A stretch of 54,867 bases of DNA from Macrostomum lignano (lineage: Eukaryota), in assembly GCA_002269645.1 (NCBI GenBank), contig NIVC01000410.1:1-54867 (forward strand), in the 5' to 3' direction. The notes beneath the pieces were generated by a model. It made no database searches. It had not been told where the DNA came from and worked only from the letters and a program-made list of their open reading frames with translations. Position 1 is the stretch's first letter, and each line of letters starts with the position of its first letter. The translations under genes were made by a program, and so were the position numbers. Below, piece after piece: positions 1 to 13,900 of this stretch.

Positions 1-161
1 CCAAGGTGCGAATCTGCGCTCAGCCACAAATTCCAGGCTTCAAATTTTGAAGCGAAATATTGGCAAGGGCTTGTGCGATTAAAATCCTACGAGGGCCAAC
101 TATCAGGGCGCAAGTGTAGAGGAAAGTCGAGGCGCACAGGAAAGTCAGGCCGCTAAACACC

Positions 162-546
<385 letters not shown>

Positions 547-1136
547 AACTTGCTGTAAATAAGGATATTTTTTTCAAATTACGTTGAAAAACACATGGTT
601 TTGACTTCCGGTGCTTAAAAATATTCGCAGATCAGACCAGCCTCGACAGTCATGAAGGGTAGAACACACTCGTATCTCTGAATTCCTAATTAGGCGCATA
701 GGGAAAAGTGGCCAGCAAAAGCCGAAAAAATCTCCGACAATAAAATATTCCAACAGTAAACTTTTTCCTCTCGCCTAACTAGAAAATCTTCGTTGCTGGC
801 AAAACGAGGGCGAAGTCAACGAAAAGCTCGCAAATCACGCCAGCCAACCGCCAGCTGCCCGGTCCGCCCAGGAAATGATGAAGCATCTGCTTTTTTATGT
901 CTGGGCGCCCAGGCAACCCGTTACTTGGCAATCAACGCTGGAACACTTATCGAGCATTGCCAGTTCCAGGTGAGTCGGAGGAGGGCCCGCCAGAATTCGC
1001 ATAAATAACAATTAAAGAAGGGATAGACAGTTATTGAGCTTTGGGAAAAGTGGTCTTATAGTATCTACTTTGATATACCACTGAAAGTTTCCGAGTGAAG
1101 TTCTTCCCAAGCTGCTGATAAATCTTTCTATCAAAC

Positions 1137-4100
1137 CTGTTTTGCGTGCCCGGAAATCTTCCATCCCGGAGGTGGCAATAATCCAGAGAGTGTTCGTGAA
1201 ACAGCAGCACGTCATTCTTTGTTGGCATGCCGGATACGACTTTGTAATTCTCGCATTTTGGCTCGGCTCGAAGCGGATTCGAACTCCGGTCCTCCTGGCT
1301 GCAAGGCTCCTCGTAGCCTAGGTAACCACTCTCGGAGTACACTGTTTTGCGAAGTTTCTGCAACAAAGTTGGAGGGCGCAAGCGCCGTTGTCCATTTATT
1401 TTTCATACTTCTTCAGGGTCATGGGAAGCACACACACACACACACACACCAATTTTAAATTTTGGTAAGGGAGCTGTCGTGCACCATCGGGTTTAGCACC
1501 AGCGGCTTTAGCATCATCGGGTTTAGCACCAGGGGCGTTAGCACCAGGGGTGACAGCACCAGGTGATAATTTGTTTAAGCTCTATTTTCAAAAAGTAGCA
1601 GGTCGCAAAAGTTAAAGCCTAGCAGCCGTAATGTTTTTTAATACAGTCGGTAATGCAAAACAACCAATTTAGCTGACATGACAGAGAAACGTCATCGTAC
1701 CTTATCGTACATCTCCAGCAGCACGTCCAACGGATCCCGATTGTACCGTCGAATGTAAGTGTGCTCAAGATGCTGATAATTCCGTCGGTGCAGCACTTTG
1801 TGACAGGTGCGAATCGCGCACGAGGCGCTGGAGCCGTGGCATTTGCAGCGAACCGCTTCGCTGAGTCGGGACGCCTCGATGCCGACGTTGTAATTGTATC
1901 TGTTCACCATTTGGACGAACTTGCGGAATTTGGAGCGACCGCGACTGCGATCGCTGCGGCTGCCATGGCCTTCAAGCTGAACTTTGCGTCGTCGATGTTC
2001 TCTGCGTTGAGATCGTCTGCCTGCGCCGCGGCGACCACCACGGCCGCCGCGACGTCTACCACGGCCGATGCGACGACCTCGACCGCCGCCAGACCTTGAT
2101 GCGCCTAGAAACTTCCTGGCCAGCCTCTGGCCCATCCGCAGGTTAGTGTGGCACCCGTCGAAATGAAATTGCTGTTGTGGTCGCTCCCGAGCCAGCCAGG
2201 TCGGCTGCCGGCCGCAGCCGCACCGCCGGATCAGACGCGAGAGCATTCGTCAGCGAATGTGGTTGATAGGACCAGACCGGATAATGCGTGGACCAAAGCT
2301 TGCTCGGCTGTCACTGCAGTTGTAATAGAGTAAATTTATGACTAACTATTTGCTCACTAGCTACAATTGCTTTATCGTTCAATGATGTACATGACGCAAC
2401 AATTTTGTATGGGTTTATGTTCAATTTTTGACTCGAAAAGTTCCGCTCTTGAACCAAGTCATTGCCATAAATCTATGATCCAATTAATCTGTTTGACTCA
2501 GAAATTATATGTTGGTAGTTCCAGCTACATCATCCGAGCCAACTTGTACTGCTCACAACCGATGTAGAAGGTGCTGCTGCTTACGCAGCAGGCGCGACCT
2601 CGACGTTTGGTTGACTGCCTGCTGGCTGAAGTGGACGGTCTGGTTTTTGTCGGCTGTTGGGCGAGACCTATTGCGCTGCTGCCTTTTAATACTCAACTGA
2701 GAACGTATTTTACTGTTGTTTTTAACAATCTGTTGATGTATGCATGACTTCATGGTACTTAAAACCTAGCGATCTATTTATGACACGGAAACATCGCAGA
2801 CAAAGCGGTCCAACTGACTCCCTAACAAAATAATAATATGAATTATTGATTACACCTGTTCCAATTGGGCCAGATGTGCAACCGACAGCTCAGCCGCAGC
2901 TATTGCCCAGCGCATCTGAAGGCTGCGTACCACTGTTCAATCCAAGGACTATGGAGTCGCCACAAAGTTAGAACCAAATGATCAAAATGTCAAAATGGTG
3001 ATATTTTTGATCCCCGTAACGCTTTAACTCACGCGACTTGAGCTCGGGCGCCAGCTCAGGCACGTGTCTGAGCACGCTGCAGTCCCATCGGAAGTGTCGA
3101 AACTGCTTTTGGCAAGTTTCCACCGTGATGTGCGCCGACTTGATCACGGCACTCACCGCCCCAGCGTCTGACCTTTCTACGGCGAATTTTTTGCAGAATT
3201 TGAACTGTTTCCGGTTCAGCACGTCCAGCTGACGCATCCGGTTGCAGAAGAACTCGGCTTGGAGTCGGCCTTCCGTGAGCTGGCTGTAGTTGTTTAGCCC
3301 GCTGAAGAAGAGAGTAAAAAGTTTTTTTAACTACTTTTAACTTTCAATGGTATTAACTAGAGTGGTACAAATTTTTGTGTTAAAATTATATTTTCATTGG
3401 CGTTATTAAAAGTACATTAATGCACTAGCCCCTGAAAGTTAACATCGATCTATTTTAATTGTTGAGACTTGAGATTTCGATGGCAAATGGGTGCTTTTAC
3501 ATTGCACCGATGGATAACGTCATTTCCTAATCGGAGCGTTGCATGCAGACTTTGATCTACCTTTTTGAATTGGCACATCGATCTGCTTTGGTACACTTTA
3601 ATTAATAACAAATCTACTAAGGATTTAAAAGTATCATTTTCTTGCCAGCCATAGTTCCGCATATTCCTATTGGAACTTGATTGAGCCTGAATTTGCAGTA
3701 ACCCAGTTGTTTCAGGAACCCAGACGTCTACAGTACTAGCGTTTATTACGAACAGTTCCACTACACGCAGCATGAAGCTTTCTTTAAAAAAAAAAACTAA
3801 AACTCTACCACCACATGAAAAGCCGCCCGAACAACAAAGAGAAAGGCTGTAAATTCCTTGCCGATGCGTCGCGTCTGTTGCCGTTGCACTAGAAACTGGA
3901 AGGGACCGACCAGACAGTCCAAGTCCAAGGAATAGCCCAAAGAATATTATAGCTTTCGCTCTCAAAACAAAACAAGTCGATGCGTTGTATCTCTAAAAGG
4001 CTGCTACAAATATAGACAGCCTATTATAGAACTTAAATTGGGATTGTAAATCAACATTTAATGCTTATTGCCCGGTGCAGCCAAGGCTGAATTCCTGAAT

Positions 4101-6401
4101 CGCATCAGTTCAGGATGTGCGCGAGCGTAAGTTGTACCAAAAACCATCCAAGTTGGAACTGGGAGGCACCCTCGTGTTTGGGATATTATTGCCCACCTCT
4201 AAACATCGAACTCGGACACTAAAGGGGTCTGAGACTTTATGACACAGGGTGGGATATTGGTGTCTGCGGGTCTGTCCTTCTTCCCTTAGCTTCCTCCCAT
4301 TACCAGGTTTGCCAGACACCGGGAACAGATGGCACAGGTAGAGGCTTCTTATAAAAACGCCACGCTGGTCCGTTCACTCTCCTCTCCTCTTTTTTCGGCG
4401 TGTCGTATTCGTATTGTGCCCGAGCCGAGGGGTCATTAAATTTTAGTATCCGTCCCCAGTCTGGCCCTGCCGCTGTCCCTCTCTCTTGACTCTTGGCAAC
4501 AAAAACTTGCGCGTTTCTCTCGCCGCAAACTAAGCAATAATACTTGGGGGGCCTTGGGGGACTGCGAGCTGAGAGCGCAGATCGGGGATTTTTCGGTAAA
4601 ATACTGGTGAGGGTCAAACTCCTATGGATTGTTGTAAATAACAGATTTCGGTCTGTCTAGGTCCCATAAAGCTGCGCTATGCAATGCAATGGACTGAGGG
4701 TCCACTCTGGTTGAAAGTCGCAAGCATTGAGTGCCGATAATAAAAATAGAAATCCATTCTGAATCCGAATTCTCCTCTCTTCTAGAAGAAATTCTTTCTG
4801 CAGATACCTTTTTCTTGTAGCTAGCTGGCTGGCGAACGAGTGCCGCCAAAAGAAGATTGCGGTTATTTCAATGTCCTCAGTTGGCATCAATTAGTTAACA
4901 AATAGTTATATTTCATGACAAGGACATAAAGTATTTTATATGAGTTAAGCAGCCTCTTTCAGGCTTTTTTAATTGTTGTGCCACTGCTTGATGACCCCAA
5001 AATGCCATTTTCGCTTTCGACGTCTGCCTAAGAATTTTTAAGAAAGTTAGTAAATACTCGATATATATTCTTTTTAGAGACCAGCTTGAGTCTCTTCAAA
5101 GCACGGCCAAGCAAGTTAGCACTTTTAAAACCACATTTGGACTTTTCACGACATCTTCAGACATCTCTAGACATATTCAGGCTTCTCTAGACATTTTCAG
5201 GCTACTATAGACATCTCTAGACTTCTCTAGACATCTTTAGACTTTATTAGACATCTTTAAACTTCTCTAGACATCTTCAAACTTTTGTAGACATCTTCAG
5301 ACTTCTCTAGACATTCTCAGACGTCTCTAGACATCCTTAGACTTCTCTAGACATATTCAGTCTTCTCTAGACATATTTAGACTTCTTTAGACATCTTTAG
5401 ACTTTTCTAGACATCTTAAAACTTCTCTAGACATATTTAGACTTCTTTAGACATCTTTAGACTTTTCTAGACATCTTAAAACTTCTCTAGACATCTTTAA
5501 ACTTTTCTAGACATCTTCAGTCTTCTTTAGACATTTTCAGTCTTCTCTAGACATCCTCAGATTTCTCTAGACATATTCAGTCTTCTCTAGACATATTTAG
5601 ACTTCTCTAGACATCTTCAGACTCCTTTAGACATCATCAGATTTCTCTATACATCTTCAGACTTCTCTAGACATTTTCAGACTTCTATAGACATCTTCAG
5701 ACTTCTATAGACATCTTCAAACTTCTATAGACATCTTCAGACTTCTATAGACATCTTTAAACTTCTCTAGAGATTTTCAGACTTCTCTAGACATTTTCAG
5801 ACTTTTATAGACATCTTCAGACTTCTATAGACATCTTCAAACTTCTCTAGAGATTTTCAGACTTCTCTAGACATTTTCAGACTTTTATAGACATCTTCAG
5901 ACTTCTCTAAGCATCATCAGACTTCTCTAGACATCTTTAAACTTCTTCTCCAGGCATCTTGAGACGATACTTATGTGAACACCTGGATACCGCTATAGGC
6001 AACACGGCACTTTAATTGACAACTTTGGAGTGACTTTACTTGGCACCTACTACTTTAAAAACATTGGTACTGCTCTAGTTACCCTTGGCATTGTTCTGCA
6101 CACTTCAATAGTGCTCTATAAACACCCGGAAACATCTCTAGACGACATGGTTTTTCCTTTAATGCTTAAGCACTTCTCAGTACGCGCACCAAGTTACTTG
6201 TAATTTCCTTTGGTATTCCCTAGGTACCAGCTCTAAATACGATGCCATCTGTTTGATGCAGATCATGTAGAAATAAATTAATGCATGATTCAGTCAGTCT
6301 ACTTACAGCCATTTAATCGCCGCACATTGTTGAGTAAGGAAAGTCACAGCAAGCAGCAACAGGGCCCACCAGATCTGCTTGTCTCTGCTGAGAGTCGACA
6401 T
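1137..6401 (-). CDS. wnt11: Wnt ligand, Wnt11-like; 3'-partial; 1-bp deletion at ~2236
   Basis: Exons 6401-6307 (MSTLSRDKQIWWALLLLAVTFLTQQCAAIKWL, signal peptide), 3301-3033 (CQKQFRHFRWDCS), 2313-1701 (TAEQALVHALS...CGCG...GCHTN...CKCHGSSASC...TC) and 1357-1137 (DVLLFHEHSLDYC...GTQNR). All have GT-AG boundaries with matching phases. IKWL and PEL-x-x-x-T-x-EQA resemble Wnt11. The Cys-rich final exon was not found in 1-1136. Family assignment is confident; subfamily is moderate. Confidence 0.9.
2847..2965 (-). mobile_element. 5'-truncated copy of SINE family B (3' tail only) in wnt intron 2
   Basis: Reverse complement of ~51170-51290 (GATTACACCTG..CAATTGGGCCAGATGTGCAACCGACAGCTCAGCCGCAGCTATTG..TGAAGGCTGCGTAC). 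Confidence 0.85.
5146..5948. repeat. ~20-bp minisatellite AGACTTCTCTAGACATCTTC, ~40 copies (wnt intron 1)
   Basis: Direct inspection; internal 10-bp sub-periodicity. Confidence 0.95.
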
Positions 6402-6731
6402 GGCGTTGTGACTATTGTGAAACTTTAACCTTATCTGGGAAAATGTTTGTTATAACTATTCAAAGCAGTATTAAGAGGCTCTTGCCGCCATGTAAGAATA
6501 GTGATATTAGCTTTTTGCTATCTAAACCAACTACTAGAACATTGGCTGGTTCCGCCAATTGGTTTTTGCTTTTGTTTCCAAAGAGATACAAGATTGAATG
6601 GCCCCTATGGTGAGCTGCAATTTGGTTGGCTGGCTAAAATGTCGAGCCTGTATAGTAAGCGATCAGAACCATTCCCTCCGAATTTGGAAATTTTATTGCA
6701 GTTAGTATGACAGCAACCTTGAAAAAAATAT

Positions 6732-7317
6732 CTACAGCAGATTCGATAGCAGATCTTACAGCTAGCTTGAGAGCTCAGTAGACCTACAGCAGATTCGATA
6801 GCAGATCTTACAGCTAGCTTGAGAGCTCAGTAGACCTACAGCAGATTTGATGGCAGATCTTACAGCTAGCTTGAGAGCTCAGTAGACCTACAGCAGATTT
6901 GATGGCAGATCTTACAGCTAGCTTGAGAGCTCCGTAGACCTACAGCAGATTTGATGGCAGATCTTACAGCTAGCTTGAGAGCTCCGTAGACCTACAGCAG
7001 ATTTGATGGCAGATCTTACAGCTAGCTTGAGAGCTCAGTAGACCTACAGCAGATTTGATGGCAGATCTTACAGCTAGCTTGAGAGCTCAGTAGACCTACA
7101 GCAGATTTGATGGCAGATCTTACAGCTAGCCCGAGAGCTCAGTAGACCTACAGCAGATTTGATGGCAGATCTTACAGCTAGCTTGAGAGCTCAGTAGATC
7201 TACAGCAGATTTGATGGCAGATCTTACAGCTAGCCCGAGAGCTCAGTAGACCTACAGCAGATTTGATGGCAGATCTTACAGCTAGCCCGAGAGCTCAGTA
7301 GATCTACAGCAGATTTG
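6732..7317. repeat. 52-bp tandem repeat, ~11 copies
   Basis: TACAGCAGATTTGATGGCAGATCTTACAGCTAGCTTGAGAGCTCAGTAGACC repeated without spacers. Confidence 0.97.
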
Positions 7318-7589
7318 ACCGTAGTTATCTAAACTGCTACGAGCCCAATAGTTCTATTAAACAGAAGTATCTCCTGATACGTTAAAAGAACACTTTCGGG
7401 AAGTTTATTTTTAACGAAGTATTATTAGATTGATTCTTTATTAGTCAATAATATATCGTGGATAAAAATGTACAAAATAAATTCATACACGTTTTTGGAA
7501 CCTTATGTTTAATTAATACGAAATTTTCTGATGTGATGCATTAGCATTTTTATTGAGCAAATCACTTTTGCAAAACTACAACTGGGTTA

Positions 7590-7685
7590 GGGAGAGGCTG
7601 GAGAGAGGCTGGAGAGAGGCTGGAGAGAGGCTGGATAGAGACTGGATACAGGCGGGAGAGAGGTTGGAGAGCGGTTGGAGAGAGA
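7590..7685. repeat. 11-bp GGAGAGAGGCT repeat
   Basis: Direct inspection. Confidence 0.85.
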
Positions 7686-7963
7686 GCAGAAATGTAGTTT
7701 AGGTACTCTTTTGGGCTTTAAACACAGATAAGGTCAGAAAAAAAGAGTAAAAAGTTGCAAATATTGAGAACAATTGAATGATAAAAAAGTAAACATAAGT
7801 TCAAGTTTACTTTGTCGTTGAAGTGGCCAGACCAAACGGAGACCAAACTGAAATGACTTAGCCAAAGTCAACCGATATTCTTCAGTCGCAGTAACGCTTA
7901 AACATCAACAGGAGATCTACTTTGCCAGCTCATTCTTCAGCCCGTTTTCAACAAAGGCGGAAA

Positions 7964-10900
7964 TCAGATCCCATCGACTTTCACCAGCCTCAGCAGTTGC
8001 TGTCTCCGCCTGTTGGTCAGAGCAACCGAGAAGCAGCCTGGAGACGGTCTCCACGGCTCCGGTATCACCAGGGCCGTCGAATAGTTGTGGCCCGAACGCT
8101 CCTGACCCTTCACGACGCCTGCGAGCAGCTCACTAAGCGATCCGACCTGATGCTCTTGCAATGCTACTTCAGAAACTAGCTGATGTTGTTGTTGTTGTTG
8201 CGAAATTCCAGACGATGACACGCTGAACCAGTCAATTAACTGCCCATCGATGTAGTCCAACCTTCGACGACACAGAATCATCAGAGCCAGAAGCAGGAAG
8301 TTATCCAGTTCGCGTCGTTCCCACGGAGTCTCCACCCCGATGCCCGGCTCTGTCGCTACAGCGGACGTCGCACCAGCCGATGACGGTCCATCTCCGAGGG
8401 CGTCTACCGATCGAGACCGCTTGTAGGCTTCCTTGATCTGACGGAATGGTGAGTGCTGAACAGTGGCGGACTGTTGAGCTACTAAAGGCGGGCGGTGCAA
8501 CGCATGCTGGTGCTGTTGCGGCTGTTGCTGCTGCTGCTGTTGCTGTTGGCGCTTTTTCGATCTCGTCACCTGAAGCGGCTCATCGAGGCAGTCGATCATG
8601 GCCGTGGCGAAGCCTGTTTCGAATCGCACCTGCAATTTTTTAGTTTAATCGGTAATGAATTAAAAAAACAATAATTGCAGGAAACTTTTCAATACCCTGG
8701 CGCAACACTTGCGAAAGTCATCTCACAACCAGCGCTGACGGCATTTCTGTCCACTCCGCTGACTCCTGAGCACACGCAAGAGCGCCAATGCTGTACATGT
8801 ACCACTGGCACGCAATCTTACACGCGCTCAAACGGGGTGTACAGCGGTCCAGACATACTAATCGTCAGGAATGTACACTATCTGTGTTTTGGGGGTTCAA
8901 GCCAAGCTTCAAATTATTCAGGCCGAGCATGGAAGCCTGACAGACAGCAGCTGTGTTGTTACACAACTGTGCTGCTTTTTCTTCTAGCCGTACCGATGAT
9001 AAATAGTTTGAAAATTTCTTTTAACTTACAATTATTTTTCCTAATAATACTACGAGGGGTGATCAAAAAGTTCTGCAACCTTTTGTTATAGCTTTTAGTT
9101 ATAGAATCAGCAAAAGCCAAAAACTTACACATATGCGGCTATATCTGTTTGCTATATTTATATGCATTTTTGGCTTCCAAATGTGCTCCAGTAAAATTTC
9201 ACAGCCATATATTTTCCATGTGTTTTCAGTAGCTGATGGAAACATCAAAAGACAGTGTTCGCTTCTATATCTTTATGTGCATGCAACTTGGTTGCAAAGT
9301 GACAGAGATTCACACCATGTTTTGTGAATGTTTTAGCTGACTCTGCTCCATCATTTGACACAGTTGCCTGCTGGCTGCGCCATTTCTTGGAAGGCTGGGA
9401 CAGCTTCAACGATGAACCAAGGTCTGGCCGACCCCGGACATCCGTGACCGAAGATGTCGTGGCCCATGCCGATGCAATAATTCATGAGGATTGGAGCTTT
9501 TTGCTAAGATTCATTGCCTATGAGCTTGGTGTCAGCTATGGAAGTGCTCATAACATCATGCATGAGCAACTAGGCCGCACAAAGACCTGCGCTCGGTGGG
9601 TACCCCATCTTCTCACTCCGGAGCAGCAAGCAGAGAGGGTGCGCATCTGTCGCTTGTGGCTGCAAATGTTTGAGCCCCACGGCCCACGACAACTGTCAGA
9701 TGTCATCACAGGAGACAAATGTTGTATCTCCTTCTTTACCATGAGGGATAAGCAGTCCAACATGGTCTGGCTGGCAGAAGATGAGCCAAGGCCTGAGGTG
9801 CTGAAGACCGGATTCCGCAGTCGGAAGCGGATGTTCACCATTTTTTTCAACTCTCAGGGTGTTGTATCGGTGAACATCCTTCCAGCGGGTGCCACAGTGA
9901 CTGCCAGGTACTACACAGACACTGTTCTGCCAGGCGTGCTGCAGGAGCGGCAGGAACGTGCGCGAACCAGGCATGGACCTCGACTCCTGCTGCACCATGA
10001 CAATGCGGCACCGCACAGAGCGGCATCAACCATGGCGTACCTGGAGCAGCAGGGGGTCCGGCTGCTGCCCCATCCACCCTACTCTCTAGACCTAGCACCT
10101 TCCGACTTTTGGCTGTTCCCGAGGATCAAATCCGTCGTTTCTGGGAGGCCGTTTTCACGCATGCAAGACCTTGCCCAAGCGGTACATTCAGCTCTACAGG
10201 GTATACCAACTTTGGAGTACCATGACTGCTTTCAGACATGGTGCACACGGATGCGACGGTGCATAGATAGTGGTGGAAAGTACTTTAAGGGAATGTGACA
10301 CTGATTAGACGCCTCGGCTGCTGCAGCACAGAGTTGTGAGGTCACTTGCAGAACTTTTTGATCACCCCTCGTACTTTCTTACACACCATAGCAGTAGAGG
10401 CATAATACTAAAAAATCTATCTTAGCTAAAGTTAACACAACCCGGAAAACACAGCAGAGTAGGTACGAATAGCTCGTGCTGAAAATAAACAGAAAGAACT
10501 TGGAAGATGATTACGGAGAGAGAATGACCAAATAGTGACTCACCCGCACAGTGTCGCAGGTCAACCAGCTGCACTGCTCGCAGCCACCTTCATCGTCGCC
10601 GTTGGTTCCGCTCTCCGCGGCCGCCGCTGCTGCGCATATCTGGCACAGTTGAAGCAGACTCTGCAACAGCCAGAAAGCCTGCTTATTCGAGTATTTGCCA
10701 TTTTGCAAGGCATCCGCCAGCGAGCAAGTGTAAGCGTTATGTAAAACGCACATTCGACAGGCTTCTCTGGTTAGTGACACCAAAATCGGAGCGACAGTCC
10801 ACTCATTAGGCAGCAGCCAGCGCCTTTGCCGCCGCTGACCGAGGTACAAGCTGCAGATGCTACCAAGATGACTGTCCGGTCGAAGCACCGTTGCCGCTTG

Positions 10901-13900
10901 AAGTCCCGGCACGCAGCTGCCCCCGAAGTCTTCTCTGACCAAAGCCCGCTGACATCCCAGACGCCCGTCGTAGAGGACTTCTCCCAAATCGACTAGGCCG
11001 AAGCGTTGAGCGTTGCGCAATGCATCAGCCGTTGCCAGGCAACGCTGGGCCGCGCGCCAGGCTGCGCAAGCGCCCGGGTGATTTTTGCGAAGCAGTCGTC
11101 GAAGGCGAGTGCCGCAGCGCTGTCTTGATGCGGCCAGGCCTTGGAGACGGCGCTCGGTTTGTAGCAGTTTTGCTTCGAGATTAGCGAAGAACTTCTTCAC
11201 TACCGCAGACAGGTTGATATGCTGGTAGAAGTCCTTCGCCACCGATTCCTGCGTGAATCAAATTTGAAGATGGCTAAAGTCTTTGTTCACTAAATCTTAT
11301 TCTGTCCTTTAATTTTTGTCCTTATTTTTTGTGAAACGTCGTTCTATCTACTCTCTGAAAATTCATTGTACTCTATAAAACCTTTTTCAGTCGTCAGATT
11401 CTCTGACTATGCTCATCTTCTGACACTTTAGTCTACTATCTGATTATTAATTATATCATCTGAGATTTCATTCACTTTCTGAAACTTGATTCTATTCTTC
11501 CTCAATTTATCTTTCTTTTGACTCTTCGTTCTATCCCCAATGGCACATAATCCTGCTACATGATACAGTTAAATCTTCTGATATGTCGATATAAGTTGAT
11601 AGATCTTTCAGCAATATGAAAGGGATTGACAGGCTTAACGAAACAATAAACCTAATTGACAAACCTTCCACTCGGAGGTGCTGAAGACTGCTCCGCCACT
11701 GGCTTGACCTTTCTTGGCCACCAGTCTCCGCATCCAGGTGAAAAACTTGAAATCGCCCTCCCACTCGATGGACAGCTGATCCATCCTGGCAGCCACGCAC
11801 TGAGCCTCCTGAGTCTGCAGCCTGACCACTTCGTTCCACTGACTGTCAACGAATCCGCCAGCCTCAGTGGACTCTTTAGTCAACTGGCTCTGCATTTTGC
11901 CAATTAGCAGAGCCAGGCTGGACCTGAGATTTGCTAAGCAATCCACTAATCTTGAGGACACCTCGCTATTGAGCAGATGGAGAGCGAAATTGTGCAACTG
12001 AGTTCGGTACTGTTGTTCAACTTCGTTATTTCTAATGCGATTGTGAAGTCGGAGAGGTCCGAACTCCAGATTGCCGCATTCGGAGATGATCGACTCTTCG
12101 CAGGCCTGCGATTAGGAGTGGATTATTGATGGGATTGCAAACCTTTCTGCTGGATTAAATGGTGCCCACCTTATGTAGAGTCTGTTAACCTTAAGAACTA
12201 TAGGGGCTTTGTCTAAGTTAAGGGTGTATATCTGACCTCTCCAAGACTCGCTTACCTTCAGAAAAGGGTGTGCTCAACTCCAAAAGGGATGTTTCTGTCT
12301 TAAAATAAATATACGGTGTGTAGGCATCCGAGACAGAATATGCTATCAACAAGTCACCCCCAAAACAACGTTGTTTCATTCAACGGACAAGTCATTTACA
12401 AAACAAACCAGGTCTTAAAATCAGGAAATATCAAAAACGAATTTATTACCTGATGCAGCTTTGTTATGTCGTTCTTCAGCTTCCTCTTCAGCTGCTCGAT
12501 GGCGTCCCTCGCCTCGGACACCGCAATTCGGACCAAATCCTTGGCCGCAGGTCCTCTGGACTCCGCTTCCTCCTTAGCTGGGTCCCTAGCAAAAGCATCG
12601 AAAGCCAACGAGGCCTTGAGGAACAACAGCCCGATTGCGCCGTCGACGCCTGCACTGCTCGTCTCCAACAGGTTGGAGAACAGAGCCTCCTGCAGCTCGC
12701 CGTACTGAACTCGGTACTGCCTGTTCAGCCTGTGCACTAGACTTTTAGAGCCAGAAGCGGTAAGGGGTACACGGAGGCGAATCAAAGAAATTGGGAAGAC
12801 GCTTCGAGCTCGACCGTCGACACCGGATCGTGGATCCACCAGCCTGTAGCGCAGAAGTTGGTCATTCACCAGACGAAGTTTCCGCTGCTGAGTCTCCTCG
12901 CCGCTGCGATGCACCGAGCAGATCTCGTCGGATTGCTCATCTTCGTCGTTCGAATCTTCATCATCCGTGTTGCAGTCCATGAACTCGGCTTCTGGATCGT
13001 AGTCGACTTTGTTTACTATGTAGATGACTCGATCCTCTGGTCGATTAGCCCGAAGGAATAACAGGAATTCTCGGTCCTGGGAAGTGTTTCGTATAGAAAA
13101 AAGTTTGGATTCCAAGTATCTGAGATCCACGCAACAAAACTGGTTTTAGCGCGGTTATTTTGCCCACAGAAAACCAAGCACTATATACTATAGCACTATA
13201 ACCAAGCTTGAATTTCTTCGGATTATGCAGTAAAGGCCTCGATGAATGTCATCACCCAGCGGAAGCCAGCGGATTGCCAATATACACCTAAAGCATCAAT
13301 TTAAAATGGACAACAATCCCAGAAAACTCACCTGATTGCAAAATCCCTTCTGACTGTCGATAACGTACACCACAGTGTGATTCTTCGATCTAGCCAGCTC
13401 TCGAAGCAGCCTCTCCCTGACCAGATGATCAACGCAATCGCTAGGCACCTCCACGAAAGCCAGCTGGCACCTCATGAGCTCCATTGGTGCACCGATCTCC
13501 AGCGCGCAGCCGTCCATCGATGCCCAAGCCGACCGTTGCGGCTCGAAGTCGTCGCTAAGCAAGAAAGCTCGAACCTGGCCGGCCAACGGTCTGCTTGGGT
13601 CCAGCTCGACAGGCGGCTGGTTCGGGAACGCTGAGCCCGAGAATCGGACAAACGGCCGCTCGCTGAAGTGCAGATGCGTCAAGCCGGCCTGGCATAGCAG
13701 CAGGCTGCCAACTCCAATTGGCATGATGTCTTCTCCTAGGAGACGATTGATCAGACCGGATTTCCCGCTGGTGGGGCCGCCGAACACCAGCAGGCGCTGC
13801 TCAGCTCGAAGCGTCGCTGTCGACTCAAATTGAGCTCCGATGTCGACGTCCCCGAGTCTCCAAGGCACCGGCATCGGCATCTCGTCGGCGGAGCTCATCG

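Noticed and set aside
1761-2099. Ala/Thr-rich + strand ORF and other antisense ORFs over real exons
   Set aside because: Shadows of GC-rich coding sequence on the opposite strand.
3450-3965. Hydrophobic ORF as the Wnt signal-peptide exon
   Set aside because: TTG start and no in-phase donor. The real exon 1 is 6401-6307 (phase 2, IKWL).
4300-4617. CLVCGE motif suggesting a nuclear-receptor zinc finger
   Set aside because: Only one CxxC, with no second pair or P-box, and it lies in wnt intron 1.
6732-7317. CRISPR-like regular repeats (this and other arrays)
   Set aside because: No unique spacers, no cas genes, and a eukaryotic context.
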